The notes below the pieces were generated by a model. The model searched no databases, was not told where the DNA came from, and saw only the letters and a list, made by a program, of their open reading frames with translations. From Eledone cirrhosa (Eukaryota), in NCBI GenBank assembly GCA_964016885.1, contig OZ024743.1:42036001-42100000 (forward strand): a stretch of 64,000 nucleotides of DNA, given 5' to 3'. The translations under genes were made by a program, and so were the position numbers. Shown piece after piece: positions 51,033 through 64,000 of this stretch. Each line of letters starts with the position of its first letter. Within the stretch, counting starts at the first letter, position 1.

Positions 51033-54000
51033 CTAGCTGACGTATGCAGCTTCGCCCGGGTAAGCAGATGATAAGAGAAGACAGGTAAACGACAAAATGA
51101 CTGTATTGGATGTTTGTCTGGTTACAGTATGAGCCGAGTCCGTGGTGTCTGCGTGACACCAAAAACAGTAAAAAAAATCTTCTAGATATGCCAGATTCCT
51201 CGTTGTACTGTTTGTGCATAGTATATGAACAATTCTAGGTGCTCCCACCTAGAATAGTGACCTCTAGGAGATGGTTCATCTTCTGCCTGACTGTAAAACG
51301 TGATCATTGCATAGACGTGGCTGTTCCACGTTTTTCAAAAGTATGATGGAAGTTCCAATCTGTTATATTATATGTAGATATAGATATAGATAATTAATAT
51401 AAAAGATGTCCGTCAATGTATAAAAGGTCCCTATTTACTTGAAATGGTTTATACAAATGCCAAATTAATATGGATATGGATAACATACTTATCTATAAGT
51501 GCTCAGCTATAATAATACAACAAATTATATGACACAAAAATGTATTCAGTACTTTCCAGGCTCTTAGCCACTGAGTAATAGACAGTCAATATTGCCCAGA
51601 GTTCAACTCGGGGAGGTGGCCCGGTTTGAATTCCAAATGGCGGATCCTTCTACTTCGAAAATAGAATCGTTTTTCAATATGACTCTAGCCCTGGCCGGCC
51701 ATAGGCACCAAACTGTTTACCAGACTCAGCATATGACGAGGTTTTAGAAGCGATACATTTGAAGGCAATTTCTACCAATATTTGTTGGTATTTATTGCGC
51801 AACATAGCAGTGAAAGCAATTTTTACCAATACTTGTTTGTTTTTATTGCTCATAACGACATTAAATGACATTGAAGATAAATGATAACTCTGTCAAAGCT
51901 CACAATACTGATCAAAGGACACCAATGTCCAAATCATTTACGTCGCTTATTGATAGAATTAAAGATATGCATACATCAGCTTAAAGCTTCATTATAGACA
52001 ATATTCAGGGTTGCTCCTCTGTTGCTGGTATCAATTGCAAATGTTATACCATCAGCATCGCACACTCGAGATGCAGCAACATACAGTTGCCCATGGCTGA
52101 ATGCTGGATCATTCAAGTAGACACCGACTCGCTTGAAAGTCTGTCCCTGTGCCTTGTTGACGGTCATGGAGAAGGCCAAATTGACGGGAAACTGTCTCCT
52201 TTGCCAAATGAATGGCAGCAGATCTTCACTTGGTCTCAGCATGATCCTCGGAATGAGAACCGATTCTTCTCTGCCTGGGAGTTTAACTTCTAAAACTCTT
52301 CCGTTAATCAATCTCTCAACAATCAATCTGGTACCATTGCAAATACCCATTTTATGATTGATATTTCTAAGCAATATAATCGGCATACCATTTTTCAACC
52401 TCAAAATATGTGGGGGAAATCCGGGTATTTGAAGTGAATTCAGAAACTCAGTCGGAACATCCATATTGTTCCGCTGATTAGGCTGCATTGCATCCGCACT
52501 GACGGTCAACCATTCGTCTCCAGGAAAAATTCCGGCTACTTGTGAATTTATTTCATCAACCGTTGCATTCGTATGAGTGAGAATAACGCGTTCCGATATC
52601 CAGGAGATATTCTGACAAAAAGCATTCAAATTAGGGAACACCCAGTCAATCAATGCTTGGCGGTCCAGTGGCATGACCAAATGGTCTGGGATACTTACAG
52701 TCTGATAATCACCAACGTGTGGCAATTTATCGTTTCCCAACTGCATCAACCATCGGCCGTATGTCTCAGCCTCTTCGTTTTGCCCGAACATACGAAGTCG
52801 CATATTATCGTGTAATCGCAAAACTCTGAAATGGCGCCACAACGGGGACTTTTTCAGACATGCATCGACAATTTGCGCTCTTTGAGCATTCCTAACAATT
52901 GATAGCACCCGTCTGAAATCGCCACCAACAACGATAGTCTTACCACCGAATGGCAGGTCACTACCGCAGATATCTCTCAAAGTTCTCTCCAATGCCTCCA
53001 GCAAATATATGTGTGCCATTGCAGCCTCGTCCCAAATAATCAGAGACGTATGGCGTATAAGGCCCGCGAGTTCACTTTCTCCTGTAATGTTACAGACAGT
53101 CAGCTCATCCGGAGCCAATGGAGCCTTGAAGCATGAGTGGAAGGTCCTTCCACCACTCAGCAAAGTGGCAGCGTTCCCACTGGTGGCCATAGGGCGAGCA
53201 ATCTTCCTCTGAGCTCTGACTGCCGATAACATAGTGTTGAAACAGAATGTCTTTCCGGTGCCTCCTGGTGCATCTATGAAAGCACAAATTTGCTCATTAA
53301 TGGAGAACGCTATCGACCAATTTTCTTGGGTCAACATTGGCATACGTTCATCCACAATACGTTACTGTTCCAGTGGATCAAACTGGAATAGTTCCCTCCG
53401 ATCGAATGGCAACCGTCTAAGCTGCGATCTCATGTTCAATGCTAAGACACGTTGCCGCATTTCTTCATCAGGAATTGGGAAATTGAAATATGTTAAACAT
53501 TTGAAATGAACTTCAAGCAGTTGCTCAATATTGAGCAAAACAAATCTTTCATCAAATGTTCATTATCGACCTGAAGATGATGCCTAAAATCATCAGCCAT
53601 AATTCCCCAATTGCATTCAAATAACTCTCTTGGATCGGCAGGATTGCAGAATCCTAGAATCGTGACGAACAACTGCCTTATTTGAGCTGGCATCTGTGTT
53701 GTTCCTGCAGCTTTCATGGCGTAATTCCATTCAGCGTCATTCTGAAGGAGTCCCAGATGCTGAGACACAGCCTGGTATGTTTCATATCCCACGCCATTGA
53801 TTGTTTTCAAATCAGCGAAGCTCTGTTTACCTCTCGAAAAATCATTATGCAACAGAATTCGGAGATAAAATACATAACCAGATGCTGGATGGACATTACA
53901 AACCCGTCCAATAGTCATGAATCTCAACTTTTGTTTTCTATCATTCCATTTCTTTCCCTTCTTATCCCACGTATAGTGTGAAGGGAAATCGCAGTAGAGT

Positions 54001-56973
54001 TGCCTTTGATCCGGGTTCAAAGCATGTTCCCTATTATGCTTGAACCACTCGGTCAATTCCGTCTTAGGAGGTGGTGCGTTAGCAATTCGTTCGACACCTC
54101 TTCTAGTGTCCTGAAAACATACCATTTGCCTATCCTCTAAGTGAACCGTCAGTTTCTCAACGCTGCGTTTGCCTTCATTGAGATCAAAATCGAACCATCT
54201 CCAGCAAGCTTCGCTAGATCCAATCGAGCGAGCATCTTGGAACCTGCCAACTTCATCTCCTTGTTTCGCTTCCTCATTCCTGACATTGATCATTGCCCGA
54301 TCATGATCTTTGTAAACATATTTGAATAGATATTTGCAAGCTTTCACTGAGCTACAAATTTACACATTAATATGGCAACGATATTTCATAATCAAATATG
54401 GATTGTATAGCACAACCCATTGATTTGTAAACTGTCAACCGTTTACATTTTCGACAAACCGCCATCTGCAGGCGACCGTCTTCTGTATGAGGGATGAGCA
54501 TCCCCATCATTCCAGGAAATGTTCGTGACAAAAGATTTCGGATATTGCTTACTGCATTGGCCATTTTTCATGCAAGGCGCTTTCCGATTTGACACTCCGC
54601 ATTGGTTGTGGACCATTGACTTTGCCACCAAGTTGCGTAGTGCCTCATTCTCCGGCAGTTCATCACACACAACGCTGTCGACATCCTCAGCACATCTCAA
54701 TTTGCAATCTCTATGTAAAATGATCAGCAAATGTGCATGTGGCAATCCTCTTTTTTGGAATTCAATTACGTAACTAAACCCAACTATACCTCCAAAGATT
54801 CCCTCTTTTTCCACATCATCCATTATCTTTTTCAGATATCCTTTGAATACTCTTGCCACAATATCAGGATGGTCCTTTGGCTAGTGTCCTGGCAAAAGTG
54901 CATCCTTCATATCAGTCCATTCAGGATTGCATGTAACCGTTATAAACAGATCTGGCTTTCCAAACTTTCTGACAATGGCCATTGCATCCTCATAGCGATG
55001 AACGACGATGGCAAAATTATGCGTCGACCAAAAAACTTGCAATTGGCATCATCGGCTGTTATCGCATCCTCTATATTATTATACAATTTAGCTCTGGTAT
55101 GTTGCTGATGTGTAGCTATATAATTTAGCCTTTGATTTTCGATCTTTGCGAATGCCATACAACAGTATTTCTGGAACAATCTGCTGGCTTGAAACAGCGC
55201 ATTTCTCTGTTGATTCCTCTCGTTCAAATGGAACGCGTAAAAGTCGCGAATCGAATCATTGTGTCTATTGCCGCCTCCCTGTTGATGCTGATTCTCATGA
55301 TCATCTAAATGAACAGACATGTTCCATCCATTTTCAATTTTTGGGAATAAAAGAACATCTGCCCTATTTGACTCATTGATAATCTTGAAACAACCATCTC
55401 TGCGACTGAGGACGATATCCCTCGATCCAGGCTTATCGTCCATCAACATAGCAACTTCACGAAATCTTTCAGGGGCATTATATCGCCGTTCGTGTTGATT
55501 CCGTGGCACTCGTCAGCCTTAATCACCAATGTTTGCTGCTGAACATGTTGCAGTTCAGCCACCAACATGAAATCCATAACATAAGGGTTACACTGTCTAA
55601 GCCCTGATTGCAAATCACGGATCAAATCACTTAACCTTTGCCGTTCAAGTTCAGTTATATTTCACGGCAACTTCATCCAACCGATCCTGATATCCGCCTC
55701 CGATTCACTATAATCTGGATCGTTAACGTACATTTGAGCGAATTGAGGCCTCTCTCTTGGGGTAACTTCTAAATTACCGATACAATGATACATACGGCCT
55801 ATATGACTACATTCAGTTGCCATGCTCCACTCTCAAACATCTCACTAACTCTCTGCGATGCTAAAGCTAATGAATTGTTACTTTGCCGCGAATATTTACG
55901 CAGTAATCTACCTCGTTCTCATTGATCACCACACATACTTAGTATTTTAAACTCCGGTGACTCCTCATCATCCGGCATTCGCAAGGGTCCTAGTTGAACT
56001 GCTGCTTTATGACAGCACATTGTGGTCCACGTCTTTTCGTGCCTCCAAAGCAATGTTCCACAATGTGGATACTCTGCCTGTCCACCAATGTGTAAATGAC
56101 ACGGTTGCCATGATCCATTTTTAATATCATCCGTTCGCCTTCTAGCCTCTTTATTGGAAAGAGGGGCACTTTGGCGATACATTTCTGAACTTCTGTATTG
56201 CGCTGGCGCTGTTCAGCCAGCTCCTCTTCATCCATCGCCGCACAACGATGCTGCTGAATTCTGGCCATCTGCTGATGATGCTCAGCCAGTTTGTCGTAAA
56301 CCATCGCAGTACACCGTCCTTGCTTGGCTCCAGCGTTTCGTTGGCGTTGTTCAGCCAGCTCCTCTTCGTTCATGGCGGCAAGTATTCCCCTCTAAAGTCC
56401 GGCGTTCCGATGGCGCTGTTCGGCCCGTTTTTCTTCATGGCTGCACGCCGTCGCCCCTGTAGTTCACTGCTTGGTAAAGTCGTATTGCTTTTATTATCAG
56501 TATTCATTTCGAGCAATTGTCAAAAAATGACACAATAATAAATATAAAAGATATCTGTCAATGTAAAAAAAAGGTCCATAATTACTCCCTTCACAACTCT
56601 GTGTATGTTAGACTGACAGACAGACAGATAAACTTCGTGGCGATTGTGGAATGCCACACGCATACACGCATGGAAACCCGCACACGCACGCAAACTTACA
56701 CACACACACACACTCACACATGTTGATAGCTTTAACTTTATGTGGAACGCTGCACGTACGCAAACACACATAAACATACGCGCACGTACATTCACACGCA
56801 CACATGTTAACTGTTATTGAATACAGCATTTACACTTTCCCCTCTCACTCCCTCATTGGCATTATGCATATTAATTTCAGTTTGGCGTCGTTGAAGTGGG
56901 CGGAGACGCTTGAAACCTATGAACCAATGATAATCGAGAATTATGACACACGGAATACTGACGTTGTTGAAAG

Positions 56974-57030
<57 letters not shown>
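51033..57030 (-). mobile_element. Helitron, near full length, decayed
   Basis: 3' CCCGGGCGAAGCTG..CTAG|T at 51033. The 5' end is most likely TC-(TA)n-TTACTTTCAACAACG around 56975-57030; exact start uncertain. Confidence 0.9.
51976..56538 (-). pseudogene. Helitron RepHel with multiple frameshifts and stops
   Basis: N-terminal EELAEQRQRN repeats, HCG..MCC finger, RIILPSSF, FITVTCNPEW, YVIEFQKRGLPHAHLLI, CKYLFKYVYK, FIDAPGGTGKT, IWDEA, GGDFR, RQFPVNLAFSMTVNKAQGQT, FSHGQLYVAASRV. The helicase ORF 51976-53355 is open. Confidence 0.93.
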
Positions 57031-57061
<31 letters not shown>

Positions 57062-57203
57062 TAAGAAAGCGAAGTAGTTTCATATGGTAAAGTCCACTTT
57101 AACATCTGAAACTACTTCGCTTACTTGTTCGATATATACTCCGTCACTATGTGGAAAAATAACGTTGAGTGCTTGAATTGAATTGCATCAATATTTCTCT
57201 TAA

Positions 57204-57294
<91 letters not shown>

Positions 57295-57368
57295 AATCTT
57301 ATGGCACACGCTCTCATGTTGGTATATATATATATATATACCAACATGAGAGTGTGTGCCATAAGATT

Positions 57369-57438
<70 letters not shown>

Positions 57439-57600
57439 TATATACTTAGGTAAACCTTGATGCAATTCAAATCAAGCACTCAACGTTCTTTTTCCACATA
57501 GTGACGGAGTATATATCGAACCAGAAAGCGAAGTAGTTTCAGATGTTAAAGTGGACTTTACCATATGAAACTACTTCGCTTTCTTATTCTCTCTCTCTCA

Positions 57601-57675
<75 letters not shown>
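56976..57675. repeat. ~700-bp nested palindrome: (TA)n(GA)n-A-(TA)n-B-(TA)n-B'-(TA)n-A'-(TC)n(TA)n
   Basis: A 57059-57204 vs A' 57442-57589; B 57292-57324 vs B' 57339-57372; centre ~57332. A has its own hairpin. Confidence 0.9.
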
Positions 57676-57679
<4 letters not shown>

Positions 57680-57873
57680 ATCCAGTAAGACCCCGACAGC
57701 TGAGCTCAAGCCGTTTCGACGGCTAATTCTGGACTGAGTCCAGAATTAGCCGTCGAAACGGCTTGAGCTCAGCTGTCGGGGTCTTACTGGTTCCTATTAC
57801 CCACTCTACTACCTCAAGTATTGAGTACTTTGGTGCGTTATGGTCCACCTGGTTCCTTACCACATTTCCTTCG

Positions 57874-57876
<3 letters not shown>
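57676..57876 (+). mobile_element. Short PLE-like terminal repeat with near-perfect 121-bp palindrome
   Basis: 57676-57796 is palindromic about G57736 with one mismatch, plus an 80-bp extension. Same family as 33119-33295 and 63486-63640. Confidence 0.7.
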
Positions 57877-58724
<848 letters not shown>

Positions 58725-58871
58725 GATATATTAATTTCAACAACGTTAGTATGTATATATATATATACATACCAACATGAGAGCCTGTGCCATAAGATAA
58801 ATAAAGTGATACCAATGTACTCTGTGGAAAAAAATATGATTATATCGTGCTTCTCTTGTTATTTTCTATTA

Positions 58872-59056
58872 TTCAGTATCGGTAGACGGTCGCAGATGCT
58901 TTCAAGCATCGTTGCGTTCCTTTATGATCTGAGTTCAAATCCCTCCAAGGTTAACTTTGCCTTTCATCCTTACGGGGTCGATAAAATAATGTACCAGTAA
59001 TGTACTGGCTAATTGCTGGCCTTGTGCCAACATTTTAAAAGTAGAAACAATTATTT
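58872..59056 (+). mobile_element. tRNA-derived SINE, 5'-truncated
   Basis: Consensus core and tail, directly followed by (GAA)n. Confidence 0.85.
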
Positions 59057-59162
59057 GAAGAAGAAGAAGAAGAAGAAGAAGAAGAAGAAGAAGAAGAAGA
59101 AGAAGAAGAAGAAGAAGAAGAAGAAGAAGAAGAAGAAGAAGAAGAAAAAGAAGAAGAAGAAG
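59057..59162. repeat. (GAA)n microsatellite
   Basis: Read directly. Confidence 0.95.
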
Positions 59163-59726
59163 ATGTTGTATTCGCTATCAACACTATAGTAGCAGCGTTA
59201 GCTTCCGGATTTGATCCGACTTTGTGGCATTGTTAACTTGTGTTTCATTTACGATAGACTCACATCAAGTGAACTCTTGTGAATAAACCTGATTAATCAG
59301 AAAGTGTTTATAATCAAGTTGGATGAAGTTTAACTGTAACTCAGGACTGTGTTAGAAAGCACTATACCATGCTGATATTTTCTAAAGAACTATATCTTGG
59401 ATGTAAGTGCCTGCAGAATACTCATATACTTATGCATTAATATAATGACCAGGTTGTTCCATTGAGCACCCAAATGGATCAGTGCTCTTCGAAACTGACG
59501 TACGTGTTTTCCCCTTACCAAAGAATGAAAACCAAATTTGATCTCGGAATTAACTTATAAATAGACAAATATTTTCCAGCTCATGCACTAAACTTTCGTT
59601 GGAAAGAAAACATTGAAGTGAAATTTCATCCAACTCAATACACATCGTGAGATTATTTTTGATAATATAATCGTACATATTTTTGATAATATAATCGTAC
59701 ATTCCAGAAAAGAAGAGAGAGAGTGT

Positions 59727-59824
<98 letters not shown>

Positions 59825-60141
59825 CTATGTCCAAGTATGTGTTTCCGTGTATACGTGTGTGCGTAAGTGTGGTGTGTGTGTTTGATAGAAAATTAGAAAA
59901 GTAAATCGATTCTTGTACTGTGCCAGTATTTCAATTACCAATAACGAACATATGGACGTTAACGGGGGCAACATTGGGCCCGCATACATCATGAATATTC
60001 AATCTCTACAAGAACTGAAACAGCACTTCTACACTACGTAATTTCAGAGAAGCAATGAATACCACAACACATTGTAAATATCATCTTATCGATCAGGCAT
60101 TTCGGCGCCTGCTGCTATTCACATACACCCACACATACACA

Positions 60142-60190
<49 letters not shown>

Positions 60191-61004
60191 GCGCACACAG
60201 AAAACACACATACACATGCACTCACCACACATAAATACACACGCGATCGCACACATATACACATGTTATATACACATTTACAATTCTATACGTAGAAAAA
60301 GCAATCGGCGTCCGTTTAGTTTAGAAATATTTAAACATTTGAATAAAATTGAACAATCCAAGATAATTAACAAAAAACATTGATATTTGATCTTTTCTTT
60401 GCATCATGCAACGCAAATATGACACATCTTCATCAGGAAATTAGAATATAATACTATATAGATTGAGCTGAGTGAGCAATCATTTCTTTCTTTAAAATAC
60501 TCGCTCTCTGCTTCTTAAATCATTCAAACCTCCATTGGTCGGTCACATTCATTATATATTAACTGAAGTGATAAAAGTTAGATTAAGAGGTTTCGAAAGT
60601 TTGATCAATAGAATTAGGCGTAATTGAACGCCGGATAAAATGCTTTGCGGTATTTCTCTCAGCTTTCTCCTGCTACATCTAGTAGTCTATAAATAATGTA
60701 CATGTCCACTACTACAATCAGTTATTCCTCTATATCTCTTATCGTCTGACTCTTTATCCGTATTTCTAGAAACAATTGCTGCGTTCATACCTGGGGCGGT
60801 ATGGATGTGGTGGTACGGATGACTTTCCATGGATTTTTCTTTTCTCATCTGTCTATATATGTGCGGTCTCTTGGCTATGCGCGCTCCCCTGAGTCGAGTG
60901 TGGGAGCGTAGAATTTGGTGTATTTGTTGAACACAGCTTTGATATAGCCCTTCTGTTGAATGGTTTCTTTTAAAAACGTTTTTAAAAACGTTCTTAATAC
61001 AGAT

Positions 61005-61112
61005 TTTTTATTTTTTATTTTTATTTTTATTTTTCTTATTCTTTTTCTTTTTCTTTTTCTTTTTCTTTTTCTTTTTCTTTTTCTTTTTCTTTTTCTTTTT
61101 CTTTTTCTTTTT
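61005..61112. repeat. (TTTTTA)n/(CTTTTT)n simple repeat
   Basis: Read directly. Source of the KRKR ORF. Confidence 0.9.
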
Positions 61113-61736
61113 GAAATATGTATGGTGGTGGGAATTCTAAGGCTGTGTCCTACAAATGTTATGCTAAACATCCCTACGATTTGTTTTTTTAAACAATTCC
61201 CGCAAAACATTATTTATGATGAATGCCGCATACAGCATAATTGCAGGTGTGTACCTGACCGATGTAGAGTAAGGCACCTAGGGGCAATCAAGACTTCGAA
61301 GTGATGCCAGCCGTTCAATATTACAGCCCCTCTCCCAGCACAGTAGTAATTCTGATACATGAAGAAATCTGATTGACAGATGGAGAACGAGAAGAATCAA
61401 GAAGTGGGAAACCATGAGTGGCTCGAAATACAGGTGACGTGTACAATTCTTGACCACTCAAGGAATGACAACCACAGCATCTAAATCGACAAACGAAGAA
61501 ATTCAATGTTAAAGGACAATAGGAAAATCTGCTTCGTAGAATCGAGACGTATCCGACGACCGCTCGATTTCAGAGTCAGGTTTGATCACCATATCGATCG
61601 TGCTCCGAGCAGGTCGTCCGAGAAACGATTGTAATATGTCCAATAAATTCCTTTCGTCGCAACACTGATTCTCTTTTTTCTGCATATATATATATATATA
61701 TATTCGGGCAAATCTTTACTCAGACATATATATATA

Positions 61737-61860
<124 letters not shown>

Positions 61861-61886
61861 CACACACACATATATATATATATTTA

Positions 61887-61964
<78 letters not shown>

Positions 61965-61984
61965 CAGTATATATATATAATAGT

Positions 61985-62068
61985 CGAACACTGGCAGGTG
62001 CTGATGATCCGACTGAGGTGAAACATTTGTTCTCGGAAATGGTGAATTAACTGTTGTGGAAGTACTTA
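61985..62068 (+). ncRNA. Isolated PLE terminal fragment with hammerhead core, in (TA)n
   Basis: CTGATGA(62001-62007)-TCCGACTGAGGT-GAAA-CATTTG-TT-CTCGG then AAATGGTGAATTAACTGTTGTG, homologous to the 9995-10063 end. Confidence 0.6.
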
Positions 62069-62131
62069 TATATATATATTAAAAGTGACAAAGGAGCCGT
62101 GTGCTTACTAATAAATATTTAGAACCGAGTT

Positions 62132-62844
62132 GGCGGTGGATTGGCAGTATCGGTAGAGGGTCGGAAGCCATGCTTTCCAGTATAATTACGACCCTTAACG
62201 ATCTGAGTTCAAATCCCGCTGAGGTTGACTTTACCTTTCATCATTACGGAGTCGATAAAATAAAGTACCAGTAATGCACTAGTTAATGGCTGGCCTTGTG
62301 CCAAAAAGTAGACACAATTATTTAGAACTTAGTTCAAATCCCGCCGAGGTCAACTTTGCCTTTCATCCTTACGGGGCCGATAAAATAAAGTACCAGTAAT
62401 GTACTAGGGGCCTAGTGCCAAAAGTAGAAACAATTATTTAGAAGACGGTGGATTGGCAGTACCGGTAGAAGTGTCTGGCGCTATGCTTTGCAGCAAAGAG
62501 TTACGGCCCTTTATGGTTTGAGTTCAAATCCCACCGAGGTTAACTTTGCTTTTCATCCTTACGGGGTCGATAACATGAGGTACCAGTGATACTCTGAGCT
62601 AATTGCTGGCCTTGTGCCAAAAGTAGAAGCAATTATTTAGAAGACGTGGTATTTGCGGTATCGGTAGAAGGGTCTGACGCCATGCTTGGCAGCAAAGAGT
62701 TACGGCCCTTTATGTTCTGCGTTCAAATCCCACCCAGGTTAACTTTGCCTTTCATTCTTACGGGTCTATAAAATAAAGTACCAGTAATGCACTGGAATAA
62801 TTGCTGACTTTGTGCCAAAAGAAGAAACAATTATTTAGAAGACG
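62132..62844 (+). mobile_element. Head-to-tail array of four SINE copies
   Basis: Units ~62132-62325, 62326-62443 (head lost), 62445-62642 and 62644-62844, each ending CAATTATTTAGAA. Confidence 0.88.
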
Positions 62845-63485
62845 TAAGTGAAACACTAACATAAGGACAATTCCTGCTGTGGGTCGCTGGTGTTTCGACG
62901 CATTGAAGACAGTACCGCAATTTACATGTACTACTGTCCCGTATTTCCCCCTCTTTATCGGTACATTGTTCTTCTGTTTATGTTTTTTTATGTCGTTTTC
63001 TTCGCTCTCGTTTCGGCGTAATTGTTGTTTTCTACCCTGATTTCTATTGCTATTAGTTATCAACACACTGTAATGAAATGTTCTGTCTTTAATCGTCGAA
63101 ACGTCAGCTATCCACAAAAGACGAGCGGGTATTGTCCTGTTTGTTTCTCTTACGGTTTCTAAATAATATATCTCTCTATATTTATATATATGAATCTATA
63201 TAAAGTATGTTTGATAATATACTGTATGTTTATTTCAAAACGTTTTGAAGTCCATTCGCTATGAATGTTAATGGAGTGACTACGTCGCATACATAGTCTC
63301 GGCAAAAGCAAAGAGAAGAAATCGACGGTAGTACCGTATTTCGTTGATAAACTGCTGTCGTGCGATTATATTGGCGCGATGTTCTAAAAGTAAAGTGGTT
63401 ACAAGTTCGATTCTTACCATCTATATACTGGAATGCAAGAAATAGTAATGCATATATATACATACATATAAAAAAAGTCTTACTT

Positions 63486-63640
63486 TAGTCCAGAAATAGC
63501 CGACGAAACGGCTTGAGCTCTGTCGTCGGGGTCATATTTTCTCCTATTACCCACTATTATATTTTCTCCTATTACCCTAAGTATTGAGTACTCTAGTGCG
63601 TTATGGTCCATCTGGTTCCTTACCACAACTCCTTCGTTAC
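63486..63640 (+). mobile_element. Short PLE-like terminal repeat (unfolded copy of the 57676 family)
   Basis: AGTCCAGAAATAGCCGACGAAACGGCTTGAGCTCTGTCGTCGGGGTC..CCTTCGTTAC with an internal ~26-bp duplication. Confidence 0.65.
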
Positions 63641-63652
63641 ATACATATATAT

Positions 63653-63742
<90 letters not shown>

Positions 63743-63747
63743 GTATA

Positions 63748-63831
<84 letters not shown>

Positions 63832-63974
63832 CACATATATATATACATATATATATGTATATATATATAAAAATGTTTTGTTCGCATGCCAACACAAGAG
63901 CAAGAATAAAGTGTTCATTCTACTGACATGGTTATAAAATTGAGGCTTGTATGCAAAATTGCAAACGAATCGAA

Positions 63975-64000
63975 TGCACTGGGTAATTGCTGGCCTTGTG
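63975..64000 (+). mobile_element. SINE 3' fragment (cut by window end)
   Basis: AATGCACTGGGTAATTGCTGGCCTTGTG is identical to the tail of the 8741 copy. Confidence 0.6.

Noticed and set aside
51976-53355. Host PIF1 helicase gene
   Set aside because: Intronless, preceded by HUH Rep fragments and bounded by Helitron termini, so it is part of RepHel.
59260-59412. Exon-like segment with good splice signals on the minus strand
   Set aside because: All three frames contain stops.
61540-61640. Another hammerhead (hairpin followed by GAAAC..GTA)
   Set aside because: No CTGANGA box in the right position; too degenerate to call.

Overview
Eukaryotic, AT-rich, repeat-saturated DNA with no confidently identifiable host gene. 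The tRNA-derived SINE family (GAGTTCAAATCCCGCCGAGGTTGACTTTGCCTTTCATCCTTACGGGGTCGATAAA core) resembles octopus OK/OR-type SINEs, so the source is probably an octopod cephalopod (inference from memory, not a search). Main contents: (1) two decayed Helitrons placed head-to-head (1.1-6.5 kb), a near full-length decayed Helitron (51-57 kb) and small non-autonomous Helitrons; (2) a ~15.8 kb, very homogeneous higher-order tandem array (about 101 x 99-bp, 10 x 74-bp and 16 x ~308-bp units) that runs directly into the 5' end of a near-intact RTE LINE with one frameshift; (3) two coding Penelope-like elements (RT + GIY-YIG) and many non-coding PLE pseudo-LTR remnants, mostly embedded in (TA)n, often folded back into palindromes, together carrying about a dozen intact or decayed hammerhead ribozyme motifs of several families; (4) 3' fragments of R4/Dong-like and CRE-like restriction-endonuclease retrotransposons; (5) over 10 SINE copies including a tandem tetramer, and many microsatellites. 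The most novel-looking signals are the satellite apparently derived from and fused to the RTE 5' region, and the recurrent hammerhead-bearing fold-back elements in (TA)n. All alignments and counts were done by eye, so coordinates may be off by a few bases.
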